Assembly: GCA_000165425.1 (NCBI GenBank)
Contig: CT868130.1
Span: 310,001 to 374,000 of the forward strand
Source: Paramecium tetraurelia
Taxonomy: Eukaryota
Direction: 5' to 3'
DNA length: 64,000 bases
Shown here in pieces: positions 15,179-28,069 of the stretch (its first letter is position 1; every line of letters starts with the position of its first letter). The notes beneath the pieces are model-generated. The model was given only the letters and a program-made list of their open reading frames with translations, made no database searches and had not been told where the DNA came from. Position numbers and translations under genes: made by a program.

Positions 15179-15527
15179 TTAAATTATTTAACGATTAAAA
15201 CTTATCTAAATAACTAAAAAGAAAACATAATATTAATTTCAAAAACATTGGTTAATTTGGCACTTTATCACTCTGAGCTTAGTTAATTAAGAAACAATTC
15301 ATTTTATAATGTTTCAAATAATTATAAAGCCAAAACAAATGGGATCAACCATTGGGATTGGATCCTCATTATAACCATAATTATTCACCTTTAAAAGTAT
15401 AAACGGAATGAAAGTTGATTGGACTTTTAAACTCTAAAATCAAAAAGGAGGTAGAATTTAAAAACAGAAGTATTATATATATTGATTAATTTACTATTTT
15501 TATTATATTATTTTAATACTATCATTT

Positions 15528-17013
15528 TCAGAACTTATCTAATGTAGACAAATCTTAAGGCAACTATTATAATTTATCAGGATATTATTTGAGGATTTGT
15601 TATAAGACCTAGATTTTAGAGAATTCAATATACATCATCATCAGATTATTTTTTTCCATCATTGGATTCTTCCTCAGATTTAACGAATGAAATAGCAACA
15701 CCATTAGTCTCTTATCTTCCTGCTCTTCCTACCTAATCTGCTAATTTTAATTATTACTCTATGCAAATAGGTCTCCAAAGAATCAGGCATATCAAAATTG
15801 ATGACATAATTGACTTTATCAATATCAATACCTCTTCCCATCAAATTAGTAGCCACTAACAATCGGAAATGCCCATTTCTAAATTATTCATAGGTTTTTT
15901 ATCTCATTTTTTGATGATCAGGACCTAGTCTATTACCTCCATATAGTTGCCTAACAGACTCTTCTCCCTTCTTCTTGAGTTCTGTAACCAAAGCATCAGC
16001 TTTCTCTGAACTCTTAACAAAGATTATGCATTAGTTTAATTTGCAGGTGTTTAAAATTTATCTCAAATAGTGAAATTTAAGAGCTTCTGGCACCTTCATG
16101 TAATATTGCTTCAATTTGTCCAAAAAGAGTTATTCTGGTTTAATAGTAATCTCATAAATCTAACAAATATCAATTTTTAATGAATACATGTTTATTGTCT
16201 GCAATAAATCTTTTCAATGATGTTCTACTAGATTCTGTGAATGTTGCACTAAATGCCATAAATTATTTCTCCTATGGTGACTTAAAAAAGATGTCCTAAA
16301 TGTCCTTTCTAAAAATAATTATTTCCAAAAATCAACACCTCATGTTCAAATCTTCAATCATTGTATCGGCTTCGTCCAAGATAAAGTACTTCAATCTATC
16401 TACTTTCAATGCTTTTCTCTCACAAATCAGATCCTTAAGACGTCCTGGAGTACTACATGCTAGAATAGATATGATACCCAACTACTATTTATGGCTTTAC
16501 TGTCTCAATAGTTTAGATATTCACTGATACAGGCTCACCTCCACCATAGAAACACTCCACTTTGACATTTTTCATAAACTTTCCCAATCTCAAAAATTCA
16601 TCTCGAGCCTTAAATAATTCATATTAAAATATTACTTATTGGGCTAACTCTCTTGTGTGTGTAATTACAAGGCATTCAACTTTATTGCTATCTATATTTA
16701 TGGTGTTCAACACTGTGAGCACGAATACAGCAGTCTTTCCAGTTCCAGCCTTTGCTTAACAGATCAATTATTCTCCGAGTAATGCATTTGTTAATGACTC
16801 AGCTTGGACTTTAATTATTACAACATATGATACCTCTTGTAGGATGCTCAAACCCAGCCTCTTTAACTGCTCTTAAGATCTCTTCTTTAAGTCCAAAGTT
16901 TTTAAATTAAGAGACATTGTAATTGTCAATTCTAGGATTCTCAATATTTGCTCTTACTATATGTCTTTGCCAGTTGGCTATTGTTCTTCTTTAAAATCAG
17001 GAATATCTTCCAT
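15528..17013 (-). CDS. UAP56/SUB2 (DDX39)-family RNA helicase
   Basis: [97 protein letters not shown] and HRVGRAGR. Multiple short introns. Confidence 0.92.
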
Positions 17014-17360
17014 TAATGCGCTGCTCTCTTGATTAAAGATTTATATAAATAATATCCTAATTAAAAGCTTTTATTTAAATATAAATAATTCCCTCTATTT
17101 ACCATAGCAATATCTTTAATGAATAAAATTAATATCATAATATCCTATAGTTAGAATTTTAGCATCTTATGACAGAAATCCTATTCTAAACTTAAATCAT
17201 GATATATCATAATCATTTTAACTCTCATTATTAAAGATATACATGCATGCATCAACTATCCAAACTTAAGTGAATTAGATGGTTTAAGTGATCAAATTAT
17301 AAAAATAACATTTCTTTGCTTAAAGTAATAAAATTTTTAATTTTAAAATTGAACTTCATA

Positions 17361-18296
17361 ATGATTTCAGAACTAATAGAAAAGAACCAATTTAATGATT
17401 TTTACATTCTATTTGATGATAATGTTAAAGATGCAAATAAAACTGTGAAATCTTTTTATGAATAATTTGAATCAGAATACTGCCAAAAAGGATCTGAAAA
17501 TTTCAATAACCCAAACAAATTTAAAATCTATATCAATGAAACTATGAATAAAGGAAGATCAAAGTAAAATGTATCCTCAATTATTGAAAAATATTCTAAA
17601 AATAAAAACCTTGAATCATCCAAGGTTTTTATGTAAAGTTGTTAGAGATCACCTTTTTTGTGTTTAATTGTCATGACCAAAGAATAATTTAAAAGTTTAG
17701 ACAACATTCTGGAATTGGTAGTTACTCATAAAGAAAACGATTCCAAAACAATCATAATTTTAGAAGAAATTAAAGAATTGATTTATGCACAAAATTAATT
17801 TGTACAATATCAACAAGAATTTGATTAATTTGTATTGGATCTCCAATTAAACAATAAAGTGGATGTAATTAATACAAAATCTCAGAAATAAACAATTGAA
17901 GAGATTGCTTAATGTTTATTATGTAGTGTTTAATGGAAGAAAAAATAAAATAAAATACCATGTTTATTTAGAGATAGAGGAGATTTTAGCTTATTTAAAG
18001 CCGAAAATGCTGGAATTACAAATACATATGAGTTGTATTGGATGGCTATGCTGACTTAGATTCCAGGTATAAGCGAAGCAAAAGCCAGAGCCATAGTTTT
18101 GAAATATCCATCAGTCAAATCATTAATTAATGCTTATAAGAACACTGATATTGAGAAGAGACCTCATTTGCTTAGTGAAATTGAAGTTGTTCAAGGAATT
18201 GTTCAATAAACTTCAAAGAAATTAGGAAATACTATTTCAGAATAATTATACATTCTCTTTTCAACCACAAATGCCGATTATAAAGTATTAGATTGA
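17361..18296 (+). CDS. EME1/Mms4-like (ERCC4-family, C-terminal HhH2) structure-specific endonuclease subunit
   Basis: Intronless 311-aa ORF. The C-terminus WMAMLTQIPGISEAKARAIVLKYPSVKSLINAY..LLSEIEV..TSKKLGNTISEQLY matches the MUS81/EME1 HhH2 tail, and there is no ERKxxxD catalytic motif. Confidence 0.72.
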
Positions 18297-18356
18297 AATA
18301 ATTAAATGATTATTATTATTGATTTATTATTGTACTATATGAAACTTAATAAATGC

Positions 18357-18745
18357 TCAATCAAAGAGACCTCCCATATCAACATCTTCTTCGGGTTCTT
18401 CAGCTTTCTTTGGTGCTTCAGCCTTTGGTGCTTCAGTCTTTGGTGCTTGAGTTGCTTAGGCAACTGGGGCTGAGCTTTATGCTAAAGACTTAGAAATTAT
18501 AATTACAAGCTCCTCCTCCAACTGACAAACTTGTTAGTTATTTTGAACCTTCCTTAATAACTTCAGCCAAGGTCTTTTCTTTTAATGCATCGACAACTAT
18601 TTTGACATCTGCAGCAACTGGCTCGACTCCAGCTTCTTTGAGCAATTAAGTAACTTAATCCACAGCTATTGGATAGAGATGCAATAATACTGGGTTTGTT
18701 GGTTCCTCCTAAAACAAGCAAGGCATATGCAGCAACGTACTTCAT
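18357..18745 (-). CDS. RPLP2: 60S acidic ribosomal protein P2
   Basis: MKYVAAYALLVLGG...AEEPEEDVDMGGLFD-TGA; two short introns. Confidence 0.96.
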
Positions 18746-19128
18746 TTTATTATTATTTAAAAATTATTTTTAAATATGATGCTACAAGATTATTGTTTAT
18801 TTATAATTTCTCATTAGAATGCAATATTTTATCAATTATTTTATAAAATTACCTCATATCTATGTTTCTAATCAATATACTCATTAAGAATACTTTAAAC
18901 AAAGTTCAAGTATAAGTCAAAAAGACCTTAGAGAAATCTATAAATTTTATTCTTATTTTTACTATGTTGAAAAACGGAAGGGATTATGAAAAGGAGGCTT
19001 AAATGCATCTCTATACAATATAACAATTAAATAATATATGTCTATATAATGAAATTAAATCACATTTTTATACAAAATTTGTTAGTAAATATAGATGTTA
19101 GGATAATTAAATGTCAAATAAATTATCA

Positions 19129-20346
19129 TCAGAAATCATAAAGATACCCATTTTGTAAAAAATATTTGACATCAAATTAGAATAATTTAAGAAGTCTTTT
19201 TATGTTTTAATTGAGGGGCACAAATCCTATATCTTCCTCCTCAGTTTTATGTTTTTATTTTTCTCGATTGATTAAATGTACAGTTAGATCTCGATTACAA
19301 CTCCATTGATTTATAAGCACTCGATGTTATGTGATATGTCTATTATCAAATACTGGTAATCCTTTCTACCATTTTAATATATTATCTTTTTAGATAATTA
19401 TATCTAAATCCATATCATCCAGGCTGAATGAGTCTTAATCATTCACTTAAGCCTTCAACTTTTATGTATTTAGATAGGAAGATACTCCAGCAATTCTAAT
19501 ATTGGATTCAGCGGCTTCAAATTCTCCTGACACAAACTTCGAATGGAAGAACTAAGCTCTATTTACATCTCCTCTATAATAATAATTGATAGCAATCATA
19601 TCATAACATAGTAATTCATAGTTTCTATCCTTAACAACCCAAGATAATTTTAATAATTTCTTAAGATAAATGGCTTCTTTATCTAAATCTCCTAAATCTA
19701 AAGCACATCTTGCTAATTGCCTATAAGCCAAGAGTTTATATTTTTAGAGTCTCTTACCTTGTAAGTTGCAGGTTCTCAAAAACCTTTTCCATATGTTATA
19801 GCCTTCCTTCCTTCTACAATACACAAATTATATTTAAGTTTAAAAATAGATTGCCATAAAATAAAACCCTACTATTCCACATTGTTTACAGGCATTCACA
19901 AGTTTTTCTAAATCAGGCATTAAGGTTTGTAATTGTTGAATTAAAACAGATTTTACCAAAGTAGATAGGATTGATTAGATTTCTTCAAAATTGTTTTTAT
20001 TAATAAACGTTACGGAAGGTGTAAAATCACTTAATTATGCAAGAGATCCAATGAGAGTGAATTTTCTGGCTTGTTCCATTCTTTTTTATTGTTGTTATTT
20101 TAGAAAGGGTAATAAAATACTATCCTTTCTGTTTTTTCTCTCCTTTTCCATTTTTTCAGTAACCAACCGAGTTTACGAAGCCTCTCTAAGAAAGACAAAA
20201 TCTTAAAACATTTCATTATTTTATAAACTTCTCCATTCAGATTTTATTTTGAGTAACTCTTTTTTTTCATCTCCAAATCCAGTCTATGTTAGCATCTATT
20301 TCATTTTTGTAAATGATGCTGTAGTAGATAATGAGCTGGAATTCAT
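19129..20346 (-). CDS. TPR-like helical repeat protein
   Basis: YKLLAYRQLARCALDLGDLDKEAIYLKKLLKLSW..ELLCYDMIAINYYYRGDVNRAQFFH has a TPR pattern. The frame ends ..GYLYDF-TGA. Confidence 0.7.
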
Positions 20347-20433
20347 AATATGAATTTAATATTAATATTAGGTTTAGTAAACGAATTGCAATTATTATTA
20401 TTATTATTAATACACCCTTAAATTGTAAATAAA

Positions 20434-21426
20434 ATGAACTTACCATTATTGCATGAAGAAATGGAAAAAATTGAAAGGAGCATCAAAGAACCATCTGAAA
20501 TTGTTGATGTATTTCGAAATCATCTTGATAAAATATTGGATATAATTATAAACAAGAACAGCACATAAGAACTAAAGTTTTAAAGTTTGAAAGAATTGTG
20601 CCATTATCTAATCGTAATGAGAGTGTCATTGGATGGTATTTTAAATGATTCTTATCATACAAAAAGAGAGATCTTCTATATGAATCAAAATGTATTTTAA
20701 AAATAAGAGAACTTAAATTTAGTTATAAAATAATTTTCGCATAATATTTAGATTTAAAGAAAATAATTACACATTATCTCAGCTTCAAAAGGGTTAGTTT
20801 GCGGATCTTTAATACTCAGAAAATAAGACATTGAACTAGACTTGCTATAATTAACCTCATAAGGGAAAGGATTGAATATCACTGAGTTCATGGATGAATG
20901 GTTACCTGAAATTTATGGTAAATGGATACTTGTGGTTGAGAAAGAGACTGTGTATTTTCACTTGATAAATGAAATGCATTAAGAATTCTTGTAAAACACT
21001 GTCTTGATTACAGGAAAAGGTTATCCTTGTTATGCTACCAAATCTTTTGTTAAATATTTGTCAATAATGAACCCATATATACCAGTATATTATTTTGGAG
21101 ATATGGATCCTCATGGATATGATATTTTATAACAATATGCTTTTGGTAATGCTTACACAAGTCATGAACTCAACAACATACCTTGGATTTAATGGTTAAA
21201 TTCCTATTTTCCTTTAGATTAGTTATAGATTAAGAAAAAAAATAAGTTAAATCAGAGAGAACTTCAACTTTTAGAACAAATCAAAAGCAACGCTAACTTA
21301 CCTGAAGAATGGAAATAAATAATGGATAATAAAGAAAAGTATGAAATTGAAGACATGCAATTTCAAAACCTATCCGAATTCGTATTACAAATTATGTAAC
21401 GTTAAGATTGTGATCTATAATATTGA
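20434..21426 (+). CDS. SPO11: Meiotic DSB transesterase SPO11 (Topo VIA homolog)
   Basis: Intronless 330-aa ORF with TKREIFY (catalytic Tyr at 20677-20679), SKGLVCG, ILVVEKET, LITGKGYP, FGDMDPHGYDI (Toprim DxD) and KYEIE. Confidence 0.95.
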
Positions 21427-21964
21427 TTATATAAATATTTTATTATTGATATTTACATTTTTAATTACAGTTAGAATGGAATTTTTAAGGAAGTATCCTT
21501 ATCTAAAATTGTTAATTTTTGGCAATATGTGAGTTATATATATGTTAAAAGTGAAATTTTTAGCTAGAATATAATTTTATTTTCCAAATATATAAATGAG
21601 ATATGAAAAGTAAAATTATTTTTAATTCCTAAGAAATTTAATTAGTAGGAGAGAAAATGAATTTTCTGTTTGCATTTTAAAAATATTTGATACCTGATGG
21701 AATGTAATTATAAAACTGAATTATATTTTTTGGTTGAACTTAAATAATTTATTTGAATAAATACAAAATAATAAATTTATTATATATTACATCACAAAAG
21801 CAATTTTTTATTAGCTTAAAAAATACTAGTATTAAAATATCAAATCGTTAATATAGTCTAACCGAATAAACGAGTTAATTAAATTAATTCAAATACTTAG
21901 AAATAAAAGGCAGTATTAAAACAAATCAATTTAATATTTAAAATATCTTGACTTAAAATAATTT

Positions 21965-22657
21965 ATGTCTAATACTAATTGGTAACATGAAGTGAGTTTT
22001 GACGAAAACAAAGAAATTTTGACATTCTAAACCATTTGGAGTGAGCAGGAATCACAAGAACAAGGTAGTTTGAATAACTATTTCTTAGCTTTCTCTAATT
22101 ATAGCACATAAAATGATTAATAGAATCTTGTTAATTTTGATTGCCAAGATGATGTTAGCGCCATAAGTGAGCATTTTAAGGTTTCAATAAAGAAAGGACC
22201 ATGGAAAGATCAAATAAAAAAAAATATCCATAGTACTAAAATGAAGAAGACTTAATACAAAAAAAAGGTGAAAAGAATAAAAGAGTTTTAACCTGAGGAG
22301 GATATCAGACTTCTAAACTTAGTACATCAGCATGGAACTTAATTTTCAAGAATTGTGAAGTAATTCCCAAAAAGGACAGTTAGTATGCTAAAAAATAGAT
22401 ATTACAAGAACTTAAGATATAGATGGGAAGAATTAATGGGAATGTAATATATATATCGATAATGTAGAGAATACACATAAAATGAATAAGAATCTAAAAC
22501 TGAGAACTAGATTGATAGAATGAGCGAGGACAGCTAATTTATTGATCATTAAGACTTAATCAATATGATACCTAATTCATATAGTTGTCCGGTAATTAGT
22601 GGCATGCTTTCCTCATTCATTACAAAAATGGACTAATTTCTCAAATTTCAATTTTGA
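21965..22657 (+). CDS. Myb-like DNA-binding domain protein
   Basis: FQPEEDIRLLNLVHQHGTQFSRIVKQFPKRTVSMLKNRYYKNLRYRWEE; probable intron 22444-22467. Confidence 0.88.
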
Positions 22658-24262
22658 TCATTCCAACTACCTTGATCGAGTTTTTTTATATTATATTTTA
22701 TACAAACAATCATCAAAATGTTCATCACTTCCATCTGATGGAAGAAAAGCAGCAAACTTTATTTTTGTATATAAACAATAAAAAAAACTGAAATTCCGAT
22801 AATTTGTTTATTATATTAGAAGGTACCGCTTTTAACATTTAATAGTTTATTTTAAATCGTAAATATGAATTATTGCAGCTTTATACATGAAATTTAATTA
22901 AAAATGCTCATATTGGAACCTAAGTTTGCGTTATGGTTTCTAAAATATAAAGTTGATAAAACTGAAAATTTAAAATACAATTTGTTTTCATAAATTTTTT
23001 TTTCTTCTTCAAAAGTGAATTTTATAAACAAAGTCTGTCAAAAGAGATAAGTTACCTGATAATTCACTGTTAATTTTAGTAAAAAACCATATATACAATA
23101 TATAGAATTAAATGAAAATGTGTATGAAATTAAGAAACTATTTCAGGATATAGCATTACTCCTTTTATAAAATATTGGCTTGGCAATATTTAGAACATAA
23201 ATATAAAATTATATCAATTGTTTATTATTTAATAAAAAAAAATATATATAAAAATACCTTGTATAATATTAAATAAATTATAAATTATATAGGCTTATAT
23301 ATAACACCTTTTACAGAATTTATTTCTGAATATATTTTAATGGTTAACAACCTAAATGGCTTTTTATTATATAACATAATATTGAAAATGGGAGAGATTG
23401 ATTAATCTTCATTTTGCATTTATATTAATTAAAATTCTAATTTAATGAGTTCTATATTTATCTTCGATTTGCTAATTTAAGCCACCTATGAATGCATTTT
23501 ATAAGTTTCAATCTATTTTAAGCACTAAAAAAATGAATCCTTTATAATGCATAAAACTCACGAATGCGAAGATCATAAATATAATTATATACATAGAAGT
23601 TTAAAATATTAATGAAACAGAATTTAAATCGAAGTTCTCTTCATTAAAGAAGAATTAGCTTAATATTGATCAAAAATTGGAGATCAAAATATTTGAGATA
23701 ATACTTTTTAAAGAGAGGCTTTGATTATGCAAATGGAATTCAGGTACTAAGATAGATTGGAAAATGGCTTTTGTAAATGGAAAGATTAATAACTAAATTT
23801 TCAGATAATTTTATAGTTTTTACGAATATAAAGAAGACCTAATTTTTAGAAAATAATATTAATGAAATTCAAAGTAATCCATAATTATTATTTATGGAAC
23901 ACCACAGCTTCTTTTATTCTAAAATAAGAAATGGGTAGAATAAATTAATTCTCTACATAATGCATATTTTTCAGTTAGTTTTCAGTTTGCATTTAATAAA
24001 CTAATACCTAATTTTAGATTTATTTTTATAAGATCAATTATTTCTTTAGGTATAAAAATTTATTTATTTTGTCCAATTTATAACCTATACTTTTATTTTA
24101 AATAATAACCCATTTTAAAACATTCACATTTAGAAATACACTAAAGAATATATATATATATATAATTTATATTCTCTTATGATGTAAATTTAAAGTAAAA
24201 AAATAAAAATAATATTTACTAATATTTTGAAATATACATTAGATAAATAGTTAATATAGAAA

Positions 24263-25483
24263 TCAATATTCTTTAAGTTGAGTTCTAATGTTAGAAGTTC
24301 TCGGAGAAGCAAAAGCTGACATTAAAGATGTTTACCCATTTATTTATGGCAAATATTCATAACCTAGAAATTATTCTTAGACTTAATAAATATTATACAT
24401 TAAATTTGTTCACAATGAAGGATTGATTAATCTTCTAAAGATTCTAACCTATTTGACTTTAAATAGTTTTCTAATTTTCCATCTGGAATGAATGGAGAAG
24501 CAACTAGTTTTTGTTCATATTGTGCCCAATTGATATCTCTAAACCATGGGTGATTTTTCACTTCTTCAGGTCCATTGCATCCTAATCTAATAGTTGGTTT
24601 TCGATGCATAAGTAAATTTGTAAAGTTTATTGCATTTTCACTCCAACCTTATGGAATGTCTGTCAAAATCACTTATTTTGCTATAATTTAATCCCTGATC
24701 TCTTATCTGTTTTTACCATTGTACGGTCTTTTACCTAACTTAATCAATCAATAAATTAAATTACAATGCATTCGTGCATGATGACTCCGAGGGCAAAATA
24801 ATCTACGGCAACACCATGATTTTATCTACACATTACTTCAGGAGCCATATATCCTGGAGTACCACTGGTTTCATGACTATTTTAAGGTTTCCAAATTCTC
24901 GCAATTCCAAAATCAGTGATTCTTAAAAATCCATCACTATCAAAAACGAGATTTTCAGGTTTAATGTCTCTATGTATTATACCATTAGAATGGATATAAT
25001 CTAATCCAATAATTATGCAAGCAGCAATATGCTTAGTTATTTGCTCCGAAAACTTTCTATATTTACAAATATGAAATCTTAAATCTCCTCCAGCCAGGAA
25101 ATCCATTGCTAAATATAATTGATAGCGATCTTAAAATGCACTTACTATATTAATGATAAAACTATGAATAATTAAATGTAAAATAATACTCGTGCTTTAA
25201 AGTTGACAATATTTATAATTCATTCATGACAGAACTAACACTCTTTTTTTGTATGACTCTTAAGTTTAGAAATGATTTAATACCTCACTTTTGACATAAC
25301 TTTTAAAGCTACTATTAAATTTTTGGTCTTTTAAAGTCTCGCCTTGTAAACTTTGCCAAACCCTCCTTGACCAATAACAGATATCAATTCAAAATTTTAG
25401 AGAGACATCTCTATAAAAATTATTACAATATCTATACATGTATCATCACAAGATCCTCGAAATTTGAACTCACAGCCTCCCAT
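24263..25483 (-). CDS. AGC-family Ser/Thr protein kinase
   Basis: MGGC start; [40 protein letters not shown], and [21 protein letters not shown] (AGC tail). Confidence 0.93.
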
Positions 25484-25846
25484 AATTTTTATATGAGATT
25501 ATTTTATTAATAAAATTCAACACTCTTAACATTGCAGAATCATTTCAAAAAAAATCAAGTATGCTTAATGATTTTTTGTTGGATGCAATTAGAATTTTGA
25601 ATAAAAGAAATCTTTCACATATGCTAATAAGGATTTTTAAATATTCAACAATCCATAAAATATCATAATATAAATCATTTCTCCTTTAGTATTAATAATA
25701 AAGTTACACCAATATTCACAATAGCTTATAAATTCTATACAAGAATACCAAACTAGATGAAGATTTATTTTTGGAATTCGAAGAACAAAAATATTTTCTT
25801 AATAAAATCAAAATCAAAGCCTGAGATTAAAAATAAAAGAATTATA

Positions 25847-27922
25847 TCATCTTTACAAAAATTGGCATTTCTCTTTTAATTTGATCTCAAATTTCTGTAT
25901 TGTTTCTTTCATCTCCTCATACTCTTTTTGATTACAAGAGGATTCATCAATTTCAGATTATTAAGTATTCAAACTTCTTGATCTGGCATTTTTTTATTAT
26001 TATTACTTTTTTTTCGTTTACATACTAGCTGAAATATCATATTTTTCCACATGTTAATATAAAGTAGGGCATAAATATTATTATTCAATCGTAGTCATAT
26101 TTAATAATACCAATCCTTTATACTCTGGCCTAACCTATCTTAAATAACTTAGTTCTAAGGCTTTAACATTTCCTTTAGATGCCTACAAAGATCGATGGTT
26201 TAACAATCTATTTCTAAAATCAAATTATGCTTGTAATTTCATCTGCTGAAGTTCTATATCTGCTTGAAAGTTTTTATCAATTTAATTTATTGCTTATCTT
26301 TGTCTTTAAAAGGTTTTAGGTCCATAAACTTATTTTAAATGTTTCTTGTCAAGTAGTTCTAAATGGTTCCAATAATTGTCAGTTTAATTGTCCTAGTATT
26401 AATTAGATAATTACTAAATATGCAGGGGGCCTTTGAAAAAGAGGCAAATTTAAATCCTCATCTGATACAACATATTTACTTGTCTAAGATTGCTTCTATC
26501 TACTTTTAATTTCTAATATAGTTCTCTTATATTCATTCCTCTTTAGTCTTAATTATGATTCATTTTTAAAGTTTTCAATTTTTCCAATGTTTCGTGACTC
26601 ATTAGGATTCTATTGAGTAAAAGCAATTTTGGAAAAGAACTAGTTTCTTTTGCATTCCATCAAAAATATACTTGTTATTCCAATAAGTTTGATCCTTCTT
26701 AGTTATTGTGGTACTCTCTGTAGGCATCTCATCTCTAAGATAATCCAAGTACGATTATGGACCTAATTTCCTAGCTTTAAACATGGATAAATTTTATTAA
26801 TAATAATCATTATAGTTAGAGATCGTTAATATGGACAATCCCTTTTTTCTATTAGTACTCTATTGTAGCATAACCTTACTTGACACTCAGTATTTTTACA
26901 ATGCTTCCTGAATCAATGTAAAAGAATTAATGTCCTTTTGACCAGGTATTGCGAAGACAAATTCCTTATAAATTTTATTTTTTGTATTATAAACTCTCTG
27001 GAATTGGTTTTTGCAGAATCTCAGATGGAGTATCATCTAAAAAGTAATTGACCTCTTCTGGCCTATGACAATGATTAGTTTTGATATAATGAGTCAATAA
27101 ATTTAATGTCTCCATTACCTTCATTAGTTTCCAGTGTAAGTTCATTATTTTGAATTTGGTCAAATAATTTCAAATTGCGGGTTTTTTAAATAATTTAAGG
27201 NNNNNNNNNNNNNNNNNNNNNNNNNNNNNNNNNNNNNNNNNNNNNNNNNNNNNNNNNNNNNNNNNNNNNNNNNNNNNNNNNNNNNNNNNNNNNNNNNNNN
27301 NNNNNNNNNNNNNNNNNNNNNNNNNNNNNNNNNNNNNNNNNNNNNNNNNNGAGATGATATATGTGATGAAAAGGAAGAGGTGGGAAAGAAGGCAATATAG
27401 GGTATAAGGGAGGAAGGGGAGGAAGAAGATGAAGAAGAGTGAGAGAGATGGATGAGGGAAATGAAAGGGGGGAGAGGAGTAAGAGAGGGGAGAAGAAACG
27501 GACGGGACACGCAGGAGGGTGACAAGGCGGCCGGAAGCAAGGGGAAAGAAGGATGTGCCGGGTGACCAGGGATGGCGAAGACAAATGCCTGTGAAAGGGG
27601 ATGGTGGGGATGATATACTTTCGGGAATTGTGTTTGGCAGAATCTCAGATGGAGTATCATCTGAAAAGTAATTGACCTCTTCTGGCCTATGACTATGATT
27701 AGTTTTGATATAATGAGTCAATAAATTTAATGTCTCCATAGCTTCATTAGTTTCTAGTGTAAGTTCATTATTTTGAAATTGGTCAAAGTAATTCAGATTT
27801 GCTGGTTTTTTAAATAATTTAAGTGATATTTCTTTTCCCTCATTTGATAACGAGTGTTAGGAAACAAACTTTATATTACTCAACATATCTTAACATTTTT
27901 TTTCTAGGTTACTTTTGATCAT
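25847..27922 (-). CDS. Hypothetical protein spanning an assembly gap
   Basis: MIKSNLEKKCQDML..METLNLLTHYIKTNH..RPEEVNYF..GICLRNTWSKG.. continues to ..EIKLKEKCQFLQR-TGA once the duplicated overlap at the gap is collapsed. Confidence 0.65.
27001..27823. other. Assembly gap (150 N) with overlapping low-quality contig ends
   Basis: 27001-27199 is repeated at 27625-27823 with scattered errors. 27351-27620 is purine-rich sequence that progressively converges on the sequence at ~26935-27000. Confidence 0.9.
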
Positions 27923-28069
27923 AAAATTCACTAATTATAAATATAATTAAATTATTTATCCAATAAAAAACCAACTCCTTAATACTTATTGAGTATACTA
28001 CACATTTTATTTATTGATTGGATTTTTAGATTGATAAATATATAAAAGTATGAATTTATAATGATCAAA

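Noticed and set aside
18862..19431. Long + strand ciliate-code frame between RPLP2 and the TPR gene
   Set aside because: It has no recognisable motif and overlaps the TPR gene antisense; TGA-only stops make such frames common.
23440..23730. Coding-looking patch between the Myb gene and the AGC kinase
   Set aside because: Frames are interrupted with no convincing introns; at most an unidentifiable remnant.
27160..27739. Pro/Ser/Leu-rich ORFs and a GC/purine-rich island that could suggest foreign DNA or an insertion
   Set aside because: It abuts the N gap and decays gradually into a copy of 26935-27199 (GICLRHPWSPG versus the true GICLRNTWSKG), which is typical of a low-quality Sanger read end.
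27001..27823. ~200-bp direct repeat flanking the gap (LTR or target-site duplication?)
   Set aside because: It is an unmerged contig overlap: errors increase toward the gap on both sides, and collapsing it restores one gene.
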